Shown here one piece after another: positions 1-11,400 of a stretch of DNA of 64,000 nt (its first letter is position 1; every line of letters begins with the position of its first letter). This DNA comes from Candidatus Poseidoniales archaeon (GTDB lineage Archaea > Thermoplasmatota > Poseidoniia > Poseidoniales > Poseidoniaceae). The stretch is taken from NCBI GenBank assembly GCA_038144595.1, contig JAYQOB010000007.1, forward strand, positions 251 through 64,250, given 5' to 3'. A program made the position numbers and the translations under genes. Below the pieces are notes generated by a model. It was not told the origin of the DNA and did not search any database. It saw nothing but the letters and a program-made list of their open reading frames with translations.

Positions 1-1430
1 AGGCAAAGAAACCTATCTCGCTTACGGGAATCAATCGATGGTGTTTCACTGGTCATTTTTCTGTCCTTTAGTTTAGAACTGTATTTTCGTTCTTTGATGA
101 AGTTATTCAATATCTTCTCCATTTTCCGAATTCTTCCATCAGTACTGTTTGCAAGGGTGTGAACTAAGCCAACATTGTAGTAATGCTTAATCCCTTCAAC
201 ATCCGTAGTGACTACGATTCTTGCAGAGGATACGCTAGATTTTCTTCATGATTCTCCCTGCTCTGTCTTTCATCGCTTGAATTTGCTCGGGTTGATTTTT
301 CCCATGCATATCTGATAGCCAGTTCAATCTACCCGCCATGATGGCACATAGGTCGGTCTGCTAATTGTTGTTACCCCCTTTCAACACCCTTAGTGTGAAG
401 TGCCTGTTGGAACGGTACTCCTCTGACCCATTATTTCCCACGAAAGGGTATTGGGTGGGTCCAACCAGTCATGGTAAGTATTAAGCGGGAAATAGTTGAG
501 AGTACTCCTGTGGCGACACGAGTAGATCGAGCCTTCCCGGAAAGTTTCTGCATCTCAGGCGGAAGCTAAGATCGTTTCTTTTCCGGGATTCTCAACAAAT
601 ATGAAATTGGAGGCGGAACTATATCTGGAGACGATTTTTCAATAAGTCTTCGGAATTACTAGAAAGGCATCCTCGATTCGAAGAAAAAATTTCCAGAGGG
701 TGTACAGGCATACGTATTGCTTCCGCAGGATACGGCAGGAATTCGAGATGTTTTCATATCATTCGGAGAGGATGGTTCGTTGATAGATTTCTCCAAAGAG
801 AAGTGCATAAAGCAACGAAATTCGCCCCTCTTGAACAACAATTCAGTTTGGTTTGCCGAACCGCAATTCATGATGAATTGAGGCAAAGAAAATAAATTTC
901 TTTCGCAAATTCCGACACTCCCCTGTTTGCGAATTATCCGGGTGAGTTCATGACAATGAGTTCATCAGTTGTGGATCATAAACCACCAATCACATTTAGT
1001 GTCATTGTCAAGTTTTTCCTCCAGGACAATACTGATGTTATTTTGAGTGAAGAATTATTTCAGTCAGGAGAAATATCGGGGACAAGCACAGTTTTTGCCG
1101 ATGAATCACTTTCACAGCGATTTATGGCTTACCATAACAGCGTATGCGAACTTCGAGTCGTTCAAGCATCTGCTAATGCTAGTATCTCACATCTTGCCCG
1201 AATCACTAGAGGCGTAAATTCGATTTGAAGTTAGTTTGGTTTCTAGTTTCTCCCTCTCCAAGCCAATTTAGCACTGACTTCATGTACAAGGGGAACCCAT
1301 CGAACAGATTGATTGGTTTGAACGGTCTCCGAAATGCTACCATGTTTGAACCATCAACCAATCAATTCGGATGGGTTGGAAGGGGCTATCCGAAACCCCA
1401 TCCAACAGGAAGAAGTCGTTGGAAGGGCTT

Positions 1431-1886
1431 TCAGTGGGTCTGTTTGTTCGCTACCGTTGGTGCCGTATACGCATCGAAGGGGTTCCCTTGTGTACACGGT
1501 AATTCGTGCCTAGCGATTGACACAAACCAGTAAATACACAAATCTACAGTTCTTGGAAATTCATCACCGCTGCGTATGCCATCGCAACCACAAGGAAGGC
1601 AAGCATAAGGTAGCTCTATCGTTTGTCGGAAACTGTTCATCGTGCCCTCATGAGCAAAGCCCACAACCACCAATATTGGTCCTAATCCGCATAGTGTTCC
1701 GAGTAAGAAATTCTCCATCCAGTTAGGCAAATTCGGCCCAAATGTTTCAATCAGAAACACAATTGAAACAATCAAGGTACCTGCAAAAACGAAACGTTGA
1801 ACGGTTTTTTGTATATTCCACTCAAAACTCGACGAGGAACCAGTTCTTGGTATTTCATCTATTCCCGAAATATCAGTTTCAATCAC
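1431..1886 (-). CDS. hypothetical membrane protein
   Basis: 151-aa ORF with hydrophobic helices (FVFAGTLIVSIVFLIETF, LLGTLCGLGPILVVVGF). No family recognised. Lies in the AT-rich island. Confidence 0.3.
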   Translation of the reverse strand: MIETDISGIDEIPRTGSSSSFEWNIQKTVQRFVFAGTLIVSIVFLIETFGPNLPNWMENFLLGTLCGLGPILVVVGFAHEGTMNSFRQTIELPYACLPCGCDGIRSGDEFPRTVDLCIYWFVSIARHELPCTQGNPFDAYTAPTVANKQTH

Positions 1887-1927
1887 GACCGTTCGAAACC
1901 AGAAGGAGTAGTCTAGTGAAACGAATA

Positions 1928-2075
1928 AGTGAATGAGGTGTGTTCACAAGGGGTGTTGCATCAGACCCCTCGTACACAATAAGCATGTTCACAAGGGGTC
2001 GCAGTGGGCTCTATTCATGCCTACCCATTGAAACGCCCCCGTTTCAAAGGGCCCCCCTTGCGAAAGGGATAATAT
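1928..2075 (+). repeat. copy A of the short island repeat family (rearranged, partly inverted)
   Basis: gtgttcacaaggggtgttgcatcagaccc resembles 11300-11330, 7105-7135 and the reverse complement of 16030-16060. A second catgttcacaagggg follows. tcgcagtggg is the inverse of cccactgcga at about 7083. tacccattgaaacg...tttcaaaggg is shared with 7013-7045. The copy ends about 50 nt upstream of the dehydrogenase start. Confidence 0.55.
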
Positions 2076-2126
2076 CTCAAGCCGTTAGTAACTACATGTT
2101 AGGACATCTTTCTACGGAGGGATAAT

Positions 2127-2887
2127 TTGAAAATTTCAATCATTGGTTTAGGATCAGTTGGTAAAGCTGCAGAATTGGGTTTGGCCGAATTTCACGAAGT
2201 AAGTGGATATGATATAGACGGAAGAGGGAATTGGTAAGATGTTCTCTCATCCGAATTGACATTTGTATGCGTCAATACGGATGCCGCAGAAGATTCAACA
2301 TTGGATATGAGCAATGTAATTGCTGTATGTAGCAAGTTGTCAGAGGATGAATACTGTGGTTTGGTGGTGGTAAAAGCACCCTACATCCCACTATGGACAA
2401 GATGGAAAGCGAGCACCCTCGTCTTCGGCTTACATATATGCCCGAATTTCTAAGGGAAAAAGATGCAGTAGAATGGTTTGCTAATCCAGATCGAATTGTC
2501 ATCAGTGGTGAACAAGAAGATATGGAAATCGCGTTGAGTTGTTTCGATTGGGTTCCAGATTCTATCCCTCGACTTCGTATGAATCACCTTGAAACGGAAT
2601 TAGGGAAATTAGCCCACAATGCGTATATTGCCACAAAGGTCACATTCACTTGTGAAATTGAGCGTATAGCGAAAGAATTCGATGTGGACCCATATCCGGT
2701 TATGGAATCTGTTTGGACGGATTGAAGGGTTCGGAACTCAGCCCACCTAACTCCTGGATTGGGCGGTTTTGATGGGAAATGTGTACCGAAAGATACTGCT
2801 GCCCTGTCTTCAGTCGATAGTGGACCCAATTCAATCTTGAAAATACTGGAAAAGAGAGGAAAGAAGCAGTTGATCTCAGGAATTTGA
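2127..2887 (+). pseudogene. UDP-glucose/GDP-mannose 6-dehydrogenase family gene, broken by at least 3 frameshifts
   Basis: TTG start preceded by ggaggg. N-terminal Rossmann motif LKISIIGLGSVGK then a stop at about 2236. The homologous sequence continues in ORF 2256-2453, then ORF 2393-2725 (NAYIATKVTFTCEIERIAKEFDVD), then a third frame carrying GLGGFDGKCVPKD (the family GGxCxxKD motif) to a stop at about 2887. Confidence 0.6.
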
Positions 2888-2956
2888 ATCAAATGACGGA
2901 TGAGTGAGTGGTTATCTTGAAGATTATCGCCATTATTCCAACCCACAAAAGAAACA

Positions 2957-3610
2957 GTGATTTCAATAGAGCGTTTTGACTCAATTTCAAATCAAAGTCG
3001 TCCCGCTGATCGTATTCTTATTGTTCATGAAAAAGAAGACGATTATCCACACTTGCTCTCTGGAAATAATATACATGCCACAATAAACAAGCGAACAATG
3101 TCGTTGAGTGGAGCGATTAATCATGCGATTGATGAAATCATAATGAATCGGCATGATTGGAAAATCAAGCCTGATTCTACATGGTTAGCACTTCTGGATG
3201 ACGATGATTGGTGGGACGCCGAATATTTAGAAAAAATGCGTTTCGCTTGTCGTGATGAACAATGCCATCAGGTGGTGGCGGGATTAACCCGATATGACCT
3301 ATCAAATCCTGAAGGATTCAATTTACCCGTACCTGAAGAACTTCAATGTGATTCTTTTCTAATAAAAAATCCACATATTCAAGGTTCCAACCTATTTGTT
3401 AGAATGGACTCATTCCTTGCAGCTGGAGGGTTCGATGAATCGATCCTCTCATGTACTGACAGAGATTTTTGTATCCGTCTTTTTGAAAATAATAATCATC
3501 ATTGGAAACGACTTAATCAGCACCTTGTCCATCATGATGCTCGAAAATCAGGTCGTATTTCCGACCCTAATTCTAAGAGGAAAAACAGGGCATCCAACGG
3601 TTTGCGATGA
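2957..3610 (+). CDS. family 2 (GT-A) glycosyltransferase, possibly truncated or frameshifted at the 3' end
   Basis: 217-aa ORF with SLSGAINHAIDE and LALLDDDDWWDAEYLEKM (DxD region typical of GT2). ORF 3607-3810 overlaps the stop and may be a continuation. Confidence 0.6.
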   Translation: MISIERFDSISNQSRPADRILIVHEKEDDYPHLLSGNNIHATINKRTMSLSGAINHAIDEIIMNRHDWKIKPDSTWLALLDDDDWWDAEYLEKMRFACRDEQCHQVVAGLTRYDLSNPEGFNLPVPEELQCDSFLIKNPHIQGSNLFVRMDSFLAAGGFDESILSCTDRDFCIRLFENNNHHWKRLNQHLVHHDARKSGRISDPNSKRKNRASNGLR

Positions 3611-5033
3611 AACATCAATTTCGAATGGATGAAGAACAGTGGGGCGAATTCCTTCAGGTCACTCAAGAGAGATTCGGAATAGAATTGGACCAACTTGATT
3701 CACACATGGTAACAGGTTTGTCGAAAGAAAGAGGTACAGAGAATCAGCATTTCGAGGGAGAAATTGAGCATTATGATCTAACGATAGGTGTTACACATTT
3801 AGCGATTTAGGTTTTAGCCGAAAAAAATTCGTTGATTCACTCAAGAAAATCATCCCAAAAATGGCCTCATAGAACGAGATTAGTGGCTTGCCTTCACAAA
3901 ATCAACCCAAGCGAAATTGATAGTATATTTCAGAAAGCAAATCTGACCACACTTGAACTGATTATTTATGATGAAAATTCGGCCACAGAACTTGCAAATG
4001 TGGAGTGATTGGGGCCATGGTTTTTGAATGAAAAATATCGAACAGGAGTATCATGGGGTAGATGTGTCTTACATCGTCGAATATTAGATCAAATTGGAAA
4101 TGACAATCGTCCATTGGATTTGGATTTTGATGAAGATATGCAACTACATCTGTCAATTCAATTGTGACCCTAGCTGCAAAGGGTTTGACGCATTTTTGCA
4201 GACAGTCTGGTATATGGAGAAATTTGGAATTGATGTTGGGATTGGGCATGTGATTGGTGATCCTCCCATTCACCCATTATTCACATTGAGGACACAGATG
4301 TTGGACTTACATTATTCGAGGATGATGGAAAAATCAGGTTTTCTTCGAATAAATTGGGGTCTAGAAAATCTGAATGACATACATCATGACCTCTCAACAT
4401 CAAGGTTTGATCATCTTGAATTCCCGTGGGGTCTATTCAATGTGAAATCGAATAATAGCGATGCATTAAGATTAATCAAAAGTGGAAAATTCAGTTCTAG
4501 GCCAGTACATTCTGATTTGGCGCCAACGATTCGATGAAGATTTGCTGATTAGGGAGGCAATACAATCGTGTTAGACCCAACATCCCTATCCGAATGGTCC
4601 AATATGGCTCCATTGATTTCGAATATTCAGACGAGAAGGGGGGATTCGATTTGGGCTCTATACGCTCAAAGAATTAAAGGCAAAACAGTTGGAAAGGAAG
4701 AACGGAAAGTGGCTTGGGTACCTTTTGCAGTCCCGCAAGAGCGAAACAATTCCCAAATTTTGAAACATGATGTCGCCAATATTCGAGGTGACATCATTGG
4801 CAGCATGATTATGCGAAATTTATCTCAGACCTTCCCCCTCAACAACATGGAAATGAATCGCAGATTATGGGAGGGTGGGGGTTGGGAGAAAGAATTTTCA
4901 GAAAATGTAGTCATGGATTCAAAAATTGAGAATCTTGATTGATTTCGAGTCTTTATCGTGTTGCTGCATTGGAACACCATCTAGAACATGTATCCTCAGT
5001 GCTTGAAATCGCTAGGAATTTTTCCATTCAAAA

Positions 5034-5763
5034 ATGGCAAGAAATATTGAGGCTGAGATTGAAAAAATCTTCACTGAAATACCAGCGCATATGTCCCGAT
5101 TTAGATCTGCTCAACCAAAGATTCGTCCAAGATACAGAATCTCTGAAGCGGTTGTAAAACTTGAGAAATTAGGCTACACAGATTTTGAGATTCGTGGAGA
5201 TGGTTCCGAAGGAGTTGTATTCAAGAAAGAAGATTTAGCGATTAAAGTTCATCATGAGAATGTTCAATTTAACAATGACGCTCTCAATTTAATGGAAGAA
5301 CTCGCTGCTAAATCTGTGTCTTGTCTGCCGAATAATTTCAAGTTACAATATTCTGAGCCGACTATAATTTTCTTACGATTGGGTCGAGGGTGAACATCCA
5401 AATTTTGAAACAAATGTAGGTCCATGGTTAGATTTGCTTCGCGAATGCAAGGAAAACAAATTCGTTTATTGGGATTTGAAGCCGCAGAATCTAATCCTAA
5501 CACCTGATGAGAGATTGGTCATAATCGATATTGGTTGGGATTTGAAAATCTACAATGATGAGGATTGGGATAGTATGGTAAGAAAAGCATACTTGTGTTG
5601 GAAGCACTGGGACAAAATAAATCTCCGTGAACTTCTTACCCGATCATTGAGAGATACAGAACCTCATCAATTCCCTGAATTAGAAGGTATTGAAACCTTC
5701 AGAAGCGCAATAGAAATTCAAGATAAATCAGAATTCATGACCCGTGGTTCATCGAACTCTTGA
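5034..5763 (+). pseudogene. protein-kinase-like (Kdo/RIO/APH-type) domain, one frameshift near 5395
   Basis: ORF 5034-5393 has a glycine-loop-like GDGSEGVVFKK and AIKV. ORF 5434-5763 has YWDLKPQNLIL (catalytic-loop-like) and VIIDIGWD (DFG-like). The two pieces lie in different frames. Confidence 0.5.
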
Positions 5764-5769
5764 GTGAAA

Positions 5770-6276
5770 ATTATTCTGGTGAAGTTCTAGATTGGGGGGT
5801 GTGGAAGTGGGAGATTGACCAAACAAATAGCTGATTTAGGGTACACTATTGATGCTTATGATCCCAATGTTGAACTCAAAAGAAAGTCACATCACACCCC
5901 TAGTGAATTGGATAAACGGTCCTAATGATGTGAAAGAAGGGAAATACTCTCTTGCAATCTGCAATTTAGTTTTGTGTGATATCGAAAGTGATGAAGAGGC
6001 CTCGGAGGTCTTGAAAATTATCTCCGATTCTTTGGAACAGGAGGTCATGCAATTGGACTGTTTGTCATCCAGATAGTAGATAACCTGTACAACAACAATT
6101 CAAAGACCCCAATTGTCACTACAAATGACAAAATTACATACAACAAAACAGTGAGGTCAATAGGCAGGAATCGCGTTGAACACACCAGATCCCAGAGTTT
6201 CATCGAAAGATTGGCATCATTAGTTGGCCTTACACGAACCCGAGAATTTCATTCACCAGGAATAAATGTAAAATGA
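5770..6276 (+). pseudogene. class I SAM-dependent methyltransferase domain, at least 3 frameshifts, probably once fused to the upstream kinase-like domain
   Basis: Reading through a G6 run at 5794-5799 gives VLDWGCGSGRLTKQIADLGYTIDAYDPN (motif I). ORF 5849-6076 gives KYSLAICNLVLCDIESDEEASEVLKIISDSL. A third frame continues GGHAIGLFV to a stop at about 6276. Confidence 0.5.
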
Positions 6277-6355
6277 TTGCACCCCAATACATGAATACTT
6301 AGGATTAGAATTCACAAAAATTTGATTGTCTAAAGCCAATAACTAACACTGAACA

Positions 6356-6946
6356 ATGAATGGATTAGCCGGAGGGGAAGAATTGAAATTCGATTTCAAA
6401 TTGCAATCATTGGGGGACGATGATATTGACCAAGAAGCGCAAATTTTGGTCGAAGATATTTCTAGAATGCTCGTTGAAGATGGTTACAGAATAGTCCAGG
6501 GGGTTTGGGTCTTCTGCCATCCGCTGCATCGTGGAGCCAAATCTGCATCAAACTCTACGGAAGCAGATACAATCGCCATATTGCCAGGTTTTGACCCAAA
6601 ACCTGCATACAATCATGCAGATATTATCATTCCAACTGGATTAGATGTTAGTAGAAATGCAATTGTAGCAAATTCTGATGCTGTTATTGCAGTTGGTGGT
6701 GGTGCTGGAACCTTAAGTGAAATCGCATACGCATGGCAATTCAAAAGGCCAATACTGGCAACCCCTCTGTTGAGGGTTGGAGTTCAAAAGGTTGCAGGGC
6801 AAGTTGTGGATAATCGAAAGAGGTTAGATGACCCCGTGCTTGAAGATATTGTATTTCCCTGCAATAGCGTCGAAGAGATCCGTTCAAAATTACAAGATGT
6901 TCTTCCAAAGTTCACGAAAAGGCATCGTGGGATTCTGAATAATTAG
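6356..6946 (+). CDS. TIGR00725/LOG-like (SLOG-type Rossmann) protein
   Basis: 196-aa ORF with TIAILPG, IIIPTGLDVSRNAIVANSDAVIAVGGGAGTLSEIAYAWQFKRPIL. This matches the signature of the TIGR00725/lysine-decarboxylase-like family. The N-terminal glycine loop looks degenerate. Confidence 0.55.
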   Translation: MNGLAGGEELKFDFKLQSLGDDDIDQEAQILVEDISRMLVEDGYRIVQGVWVFCHPLHRGAKSASNSTEADTIAILPGFDPKPAYNHADIIIPTGLDVSRNAIVANSDAVIAVGGGAGTLSEIAYAWQFKRPILATPLLRVGVQKVAGQVVDNRKRLDDPVLEDIVFPCNSVEEIRSKLQDVLPKFTKRHRGILNN

Positions 6947-7066
6947 TCAGTTTTTGATATGATTGTACCAACTAATCGGTTCGTATGAGTTGAAAGGGGT
7001 TATCTGAATACCCATTGAAACGGATTTACAAATTTCAAAGGGCTTTCAGTCCGTCCTTCGGAACGC

Positions 7067-7590
7067 TAGCCTCGAACACGACCCACTGCGAACCCATGTA
7101 TTCGTTTACAATGTTCCCAGAAGTGTTATGTTGGAGCCATACCGTATAAATCAGGTCAAAAAGAATGAGTGAGCGGAAAAAATCATGAAAAATAAAAATC
7201 AGCAAGTTTGTGGCATTAATATGGGACCTAGACGACTCTACTGCAGATGGTCCCCAAAGTTGGGATGGTCGAAAAACAGCTGATTTTGCAAGTTAGCAAC
7301 GATGGTTTTGTGGACATGGGATGGTTCTGGTGGACAACACTCGTAAAAAAGGGAAATTCAAGCCTCAAATGACCAAGCAAGACAACATAATAGTGCGAAA
7401 TCCGATGAAATTAACTCGCCAATGATGCCAATCCAGAACCAACAGACGGTGAAAGAAGTGGTTTCCATCGAAACCGGTTCGATAAGTCCTGACGGCCACC
7501 ACCAGTGGGACGGGAGCAAATGGATTCCTGTCCGAACTCACAAAAACTCTTCAACGATGACGGAGTATGGATGTGGAGATGGTAAGAATG
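7067..7590 (+). repeat. left arm (IR-L) of an inverted repeat of about 0.5 kb
   Basis: 7067-7590 aligns by eye along its whole length with the reverse complement of 15585-16100. Shared strings include tagcctcgaacacg, ctgcgaacccatgtattcgtttacaatgttc, gtttgtggcattaatatgggacc, atgatgccaatccagaaccaacagacggtgaaagaagtggtttccatcgaaaccggttcgataagtcctgacggccaccaccagtgggacgggagcaaatggattcctgt and gatgacggagtatggatgtgga. There are scattered substitutions and indels. Confidence 0.85.
7221..7590 (+). pseudogene. degenerate copy of the W-x-W-D/N-G repeat protein gene (intact copy at 15582-15911)
   Basis: Same start context as the right-arm copy (attaatATGggacc) but with early stops and frame changes. Only ORF 7422-7643 retains MMPIQNQQTVKEVVSIETGSISPDGHHQWDGSKWIPV. 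Confidence 0.7.
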
Positions 7591-8244
7591 GATTCCAAAT
7601 CCAAATAGAGGTGGTTGACAAGAAGAACCTGCCACAGTCCTAATTCCACCAATGCAAGCAAACTCAAATTTTACAATATTCCGGGATGCAGCCAAAATGC
7701 CCAGATGTTTCTGGTTCAGCAAACAAAAAAATCGAGAAGCGGATTGTAGTTCACTTGTCATTGTTTTACCAATTCTTTTTGTCGCATTTACAATTATCAT
7801 GGCAGGTGTGCTTTACGTTTGGGCGTCGGATTTGCGAAGAACAAGATCAAACAGATTTGGAAGGAACATGGTATAATCATTAGATACAATGACTTTTACT
7901 CCAATGGTTCTGTTGATGGTCGACTGGATTAATCCTGAAATGGAGTTCGAAAGGAAATAATCTAACAAACAACTTTCATATTGATGGAAACAGGAAATTG
8001 AAATTATTTGGAAAATATGAAATCAAAAAAGATAATGATAATGATCGTATTCTTTTTTCGCTTATTATGATTTGAAAACGGTATCCAGACTAAAAGTTGC
8101 TGAAAACTCGTGCGTTGTATATGTTGACTCAGTAAAGGTTCTGAAGAAGATTACATGGAGAATAAGCGAGCAATTATTCCAGAATGGTGTGATTTTGCAG
8201 AGGAATAAAACCTCTCACTTCAACCGTTTGTAGTCTGAGTATTC

Positions 8245-11200
8245 GTGCGGGAATCCGCACACATTTTGAACCTAAATCGTGCTGGGATATACGCTATTTT
8301 TGGCTGTCAAATCAGGCTGTTTTTGAGCATCATTTCATCGGTGTTGTCAGCCATGAAGCGAGGTGATACAACCCCCTCAATGCTGGACTTGGCAGAGTTG
8401 CACCTTGACTTCTCTTCACGCTCTCAGCATACCCACCAATCGGTGTGTTCTTGATGTCATCAACAATGTCCTCTGTCCATCCATACGCCGCCCTTGCCGC
8501 CTTGTAGCCAATGTAAGCAACAGAACCAACACCCACCGCTATCGCCGCAGGTTGAACGGCGTTCTTGACGACTGTACCGCCAACATACCCTCTGAAGCAT
8601 CTCACGCTCTTTGTCCTGCAACTCAATGCGGTGAACAATCACCTGAGACGGTTTGGCCTTAGGCATGTCAAGCCACCAACTCTAGCGTTCTAATCAACCA
8701 TGAGAGGTAAGCGCATACCTCTGCGCTCTCTGCTGTGGCTAGTACGGCGTCAAGTCCGTCTTGACATCTGCCGCTAGTATGTTGGCAAATGTGCTGTTGC
8801 TGTACTTGATGTAAAGCGGGTTCTGCATCAATCGGATGTTGCCTGTCGAGGTGTGCCAATTGATCTCATAGCCCATTGAAACCACCTCAAGCAGAGGTGG
8901 TGTTCACCTTGAGACTGAACCCTTTGCCCACAGGCAAATTCAATCCATCCGCTTTCAGGTTGTACTCTAGGGACATAGCACCGTTGGCCACCACGGACAC
9001 CACCGAAGAGGGTAAGGACAGTACCGCCTGAGTTGTCAATGACCTCGATGCTGTCCACGGTTGCCCCGTCTTGTGCTGAGAACATGGACCGATTGAAGGG
9101 ACGAGTTGAACATAGAGTCGCCAATGGTCTGTTCATTGACGACGGTTTTCATCTCGGTCGCCACGCCATCAGGGACGGCCTTAGATTCAAACAACTCCAC
9201 GCCCTTAGTCGTCGCCACCCATGCGAGAACATTGGTCGTACCTGCACCAGCCACGGGCAAAGCATAGGCACGTCAGGATGTCGTTAGGGTTGATGGTGGT
9301 AAGGCATGATAGAAGACGAGGAAAGCAGGCTAGGCCGTCTTTGACACCAAAGCCGAACCGTTGAAACGTCAGCGTTGCGCTGTTCTGAATACGGTACGCC
9401 GCACAGCCGCCAGCGTACTGCAACTGAACACGGTTGATGGTCGTGCGTGGCATCAGAATGCCAATGTTGGGTGCTAAGCGAGTCGGTGAGGGTGTTTCCA
9501 TCCCATCACATCATCCGTGGCCGTCTTGGTGAAAATCTTCCCCATTGACGGGTTGCTAACGGTTGCTTGAACGAGTTGTTCCGTTTCACTCACTCCCTTG
9601 AAGGCCCGCATCTTCAACATGCGGTTGGCAGGTCTAATGACGGGCTTGGCAAGGACTTTCTTACCGACCTTGAAGGCGGCAGGAATCAGGATGATTTGAG
9701 CCGCCATTTTCACACCGTTGTTGAAGGTTGGCCTTGATTGAGTCGGGGATGTTGGCAAACGAGTGTTCACCATGCCGCTAGAACCGCCAGGAACATCAAG
9801 CGTTCAAACAAGTCGGGCAGGGTTATGCTCGTCGTGTACGGGGTTTGAACATTGGACTTAGCCCGTAGCCCTTCGTCAAGAAGGTCATGATGTCGGTTCC
9901 AAAGACCACGGCTGAAGGCGTTGGCGACTAGAATACTCTCAGCCGTGTTCGTGATGTTCAGGGCTCTGTTCCGTGGTCGTCGGCGTGTCGTTTGGCGGAG
10001 AACCTCCCATTCTTGCGGTTGCGTCGTGCTGGCATCAGCCTCAGGCATTCCCATACGCGCTAAAAGGGTGTTGAGTATGAGGTTCGGCAGAGACTCAGAC
10101 TGAGCCTGAGTCGGTGCTAGGTCAGGGATTGACGGGGCGAGGTTCTGCATCATGTCTAGGGCTTCGTCTAGCAGGTCTCTAACCTCGGTCATGGTGTGGT
10201 GTACGGCCCCCGTTTGAGCAGGAATAGAAGCCTCTAGGACTTGGCATTTTTTGACCAGCATAGCATGAGTAGCGATTGACAAAGCAAGGGCTAGCGTGAG
10301 GATTTCTTCAAGCATGAACGGCCCATCCTGATACGCGATAAAAGCATATTGAGTATGCAACGGGTACCTCATCCCGACCTGAAACCAGCCTAAAACCAGC
10401 CTTACGGCGTTGATTTTTGGCCCTGCTCGACGGCCCCACCACCAAAACGGCGTTTTTGGCCTGCGATTTTCGCACTTTTTCAGAGGAAAAATGTTCTAAA
10501 GTGCGTTCTTCAATTTTTTAAACGCCTTTTTCATCCGATGGAGACTCAATCGTCTTAAGTATTCAACAACAATCAGCGAGGCTCATGAGTAGCACAAGCG
10601 AAAGTCAAACAGAAGAGACGACGAGAAGAACAACGCCTTTTCATTTCTATGTGTGGGAGTGTGTCCCAAGTAGCGAAGTCCGTGGTTCAGGTGGTCAGGT
10701 CATCATCAACGACCAACGACCAAGAGCGAGAATTGAACCGTGTGGATGGGCGAACATCAGAAAGACACCACGCCCCATCAGCGAGACCAACTACACACAA
10801 GGCAAATGCGCCATGATGTGGTCGACGCCCTCAACTCAAGGCCGAGAACTTGTGTCAGAAACCCCGTCAATCATTGGCAGTACTTGAGGACAATAAGGCG
10901 AGGGCGACGATTCAGGGCAAAACATGGCAACGGATGGAACGGCGAGGGTGAGTTCTGTACCGTTCTCTCGTTCAAGAACAGGCGCACCTGATATTCAGGC
11001 TCGCCGTGAATGGGCCGAGAATCGTAGAGATCATTTGAACGCCGTTCTACTAGCGAGAGAAGCCGCAGAAGCAGAGCGTCTGAGTAAAGACTCAGACACG
11101 CTTGAGCATCCATCCGAATCTTTTGAGCAAGGAGTTGAGATTCTTGAGTAAGTATCATTCTGAGAAGGCTTGGGATGACAACCGAGACAACCACGACAGC

Positions 11201-11260
11201 AAGACGAAGAAAGCCTTTGATGCTCTATGGGCCAAACACCGTGGCTTGACCGCTACGGAG
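8245..11260 (-). other. GC-distinct segment with unidirectional, frameshift-riddled ORFs; possible virus/plasmid remnant
   Basis: Visibly higher GC than its flanks. Minus-strand ORFs 9767-10372, 9474-9773, 9205-9501, 9036-9260, 8828-9136, 8668-8859, 8460-8666 and 8330-8638 abut or overlap in changing frames, as if 3-4 genes were broken. No family is recognised and there is no integrase. Confidence 0.3.
9767..10372 (-). CDS. hypothetical protein (longest intact ORF of the GC-distinct segment)
   Basis: 201-aa ORF. It overlaps the next ORF (9474-9773) in ATGN fashion. No recognisable motifs. Confidence 0.35.
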   Translation of the reverse strand: MRYPLHTQYAFIAYQDGPFMLEEILTLALALSIATHAMLVKKCQVLEASIPAQTGAVHHTMTEVRDLLDEALDMMQNLAPSIPDLAPTQAQSESLPNLILNTLLARMGMPEADASTTQPQEWEVLRQTTRRRPRNRALNITNTAESILVANAFSRGLWNRHHDLLDEGLRAKSNVQTPYTTSITLPDLFERLMFLAVLAAW

Positions 11261-11267
11261 TTATCGG

Positions 11268-11330
11268 TTGCGAACCCATGTATTCGTTTACAATGTTCAC
11301 AAGGGTGTTATGGTCAAACCCTTTGATTGG
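11268..11330 (+). repeat. copy C of the short island repeat family
   Basis: ttgcgaacccatgtattcgtttacaatgttcacaagggtgttatggtcaaaccc is near-identical to 7085-7135 and to the reverse complement of 16030-16082. It lies about 70 nt upstream of the ABC permease start. Confidence 0.75.
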
Positions 11331-11400
11331 CTCCTTACCAATTCAAATGTGTGATTGTTACAAAAAATGACCTTTTGCACTGTATTGCACACAATACGTC

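Noticed and set aside
3600-4950. A possible second glycosyltransferase or further polysaccharide genes. Fragments such as IIYDENS and GRCVLHRRILDQIG appear in shifting frames, along with ORFs 4094-4537 and 4568-4942.
   Set aside because: The motifs are too short and scattered for a defensible family call, so the region is left unannotated.
7067-7135. Is the short island repeat a tRNA fragment or att site? It contains gggttcgca on the reverse strand, reminiscent of a T-arm.
   Set aside because: I could not fold any copy into a T-arm plus acceptor arrangement, and none matches the three tRNAs in the window. It is kept as a repeat of unknown nature rather than called tRNA-derived.
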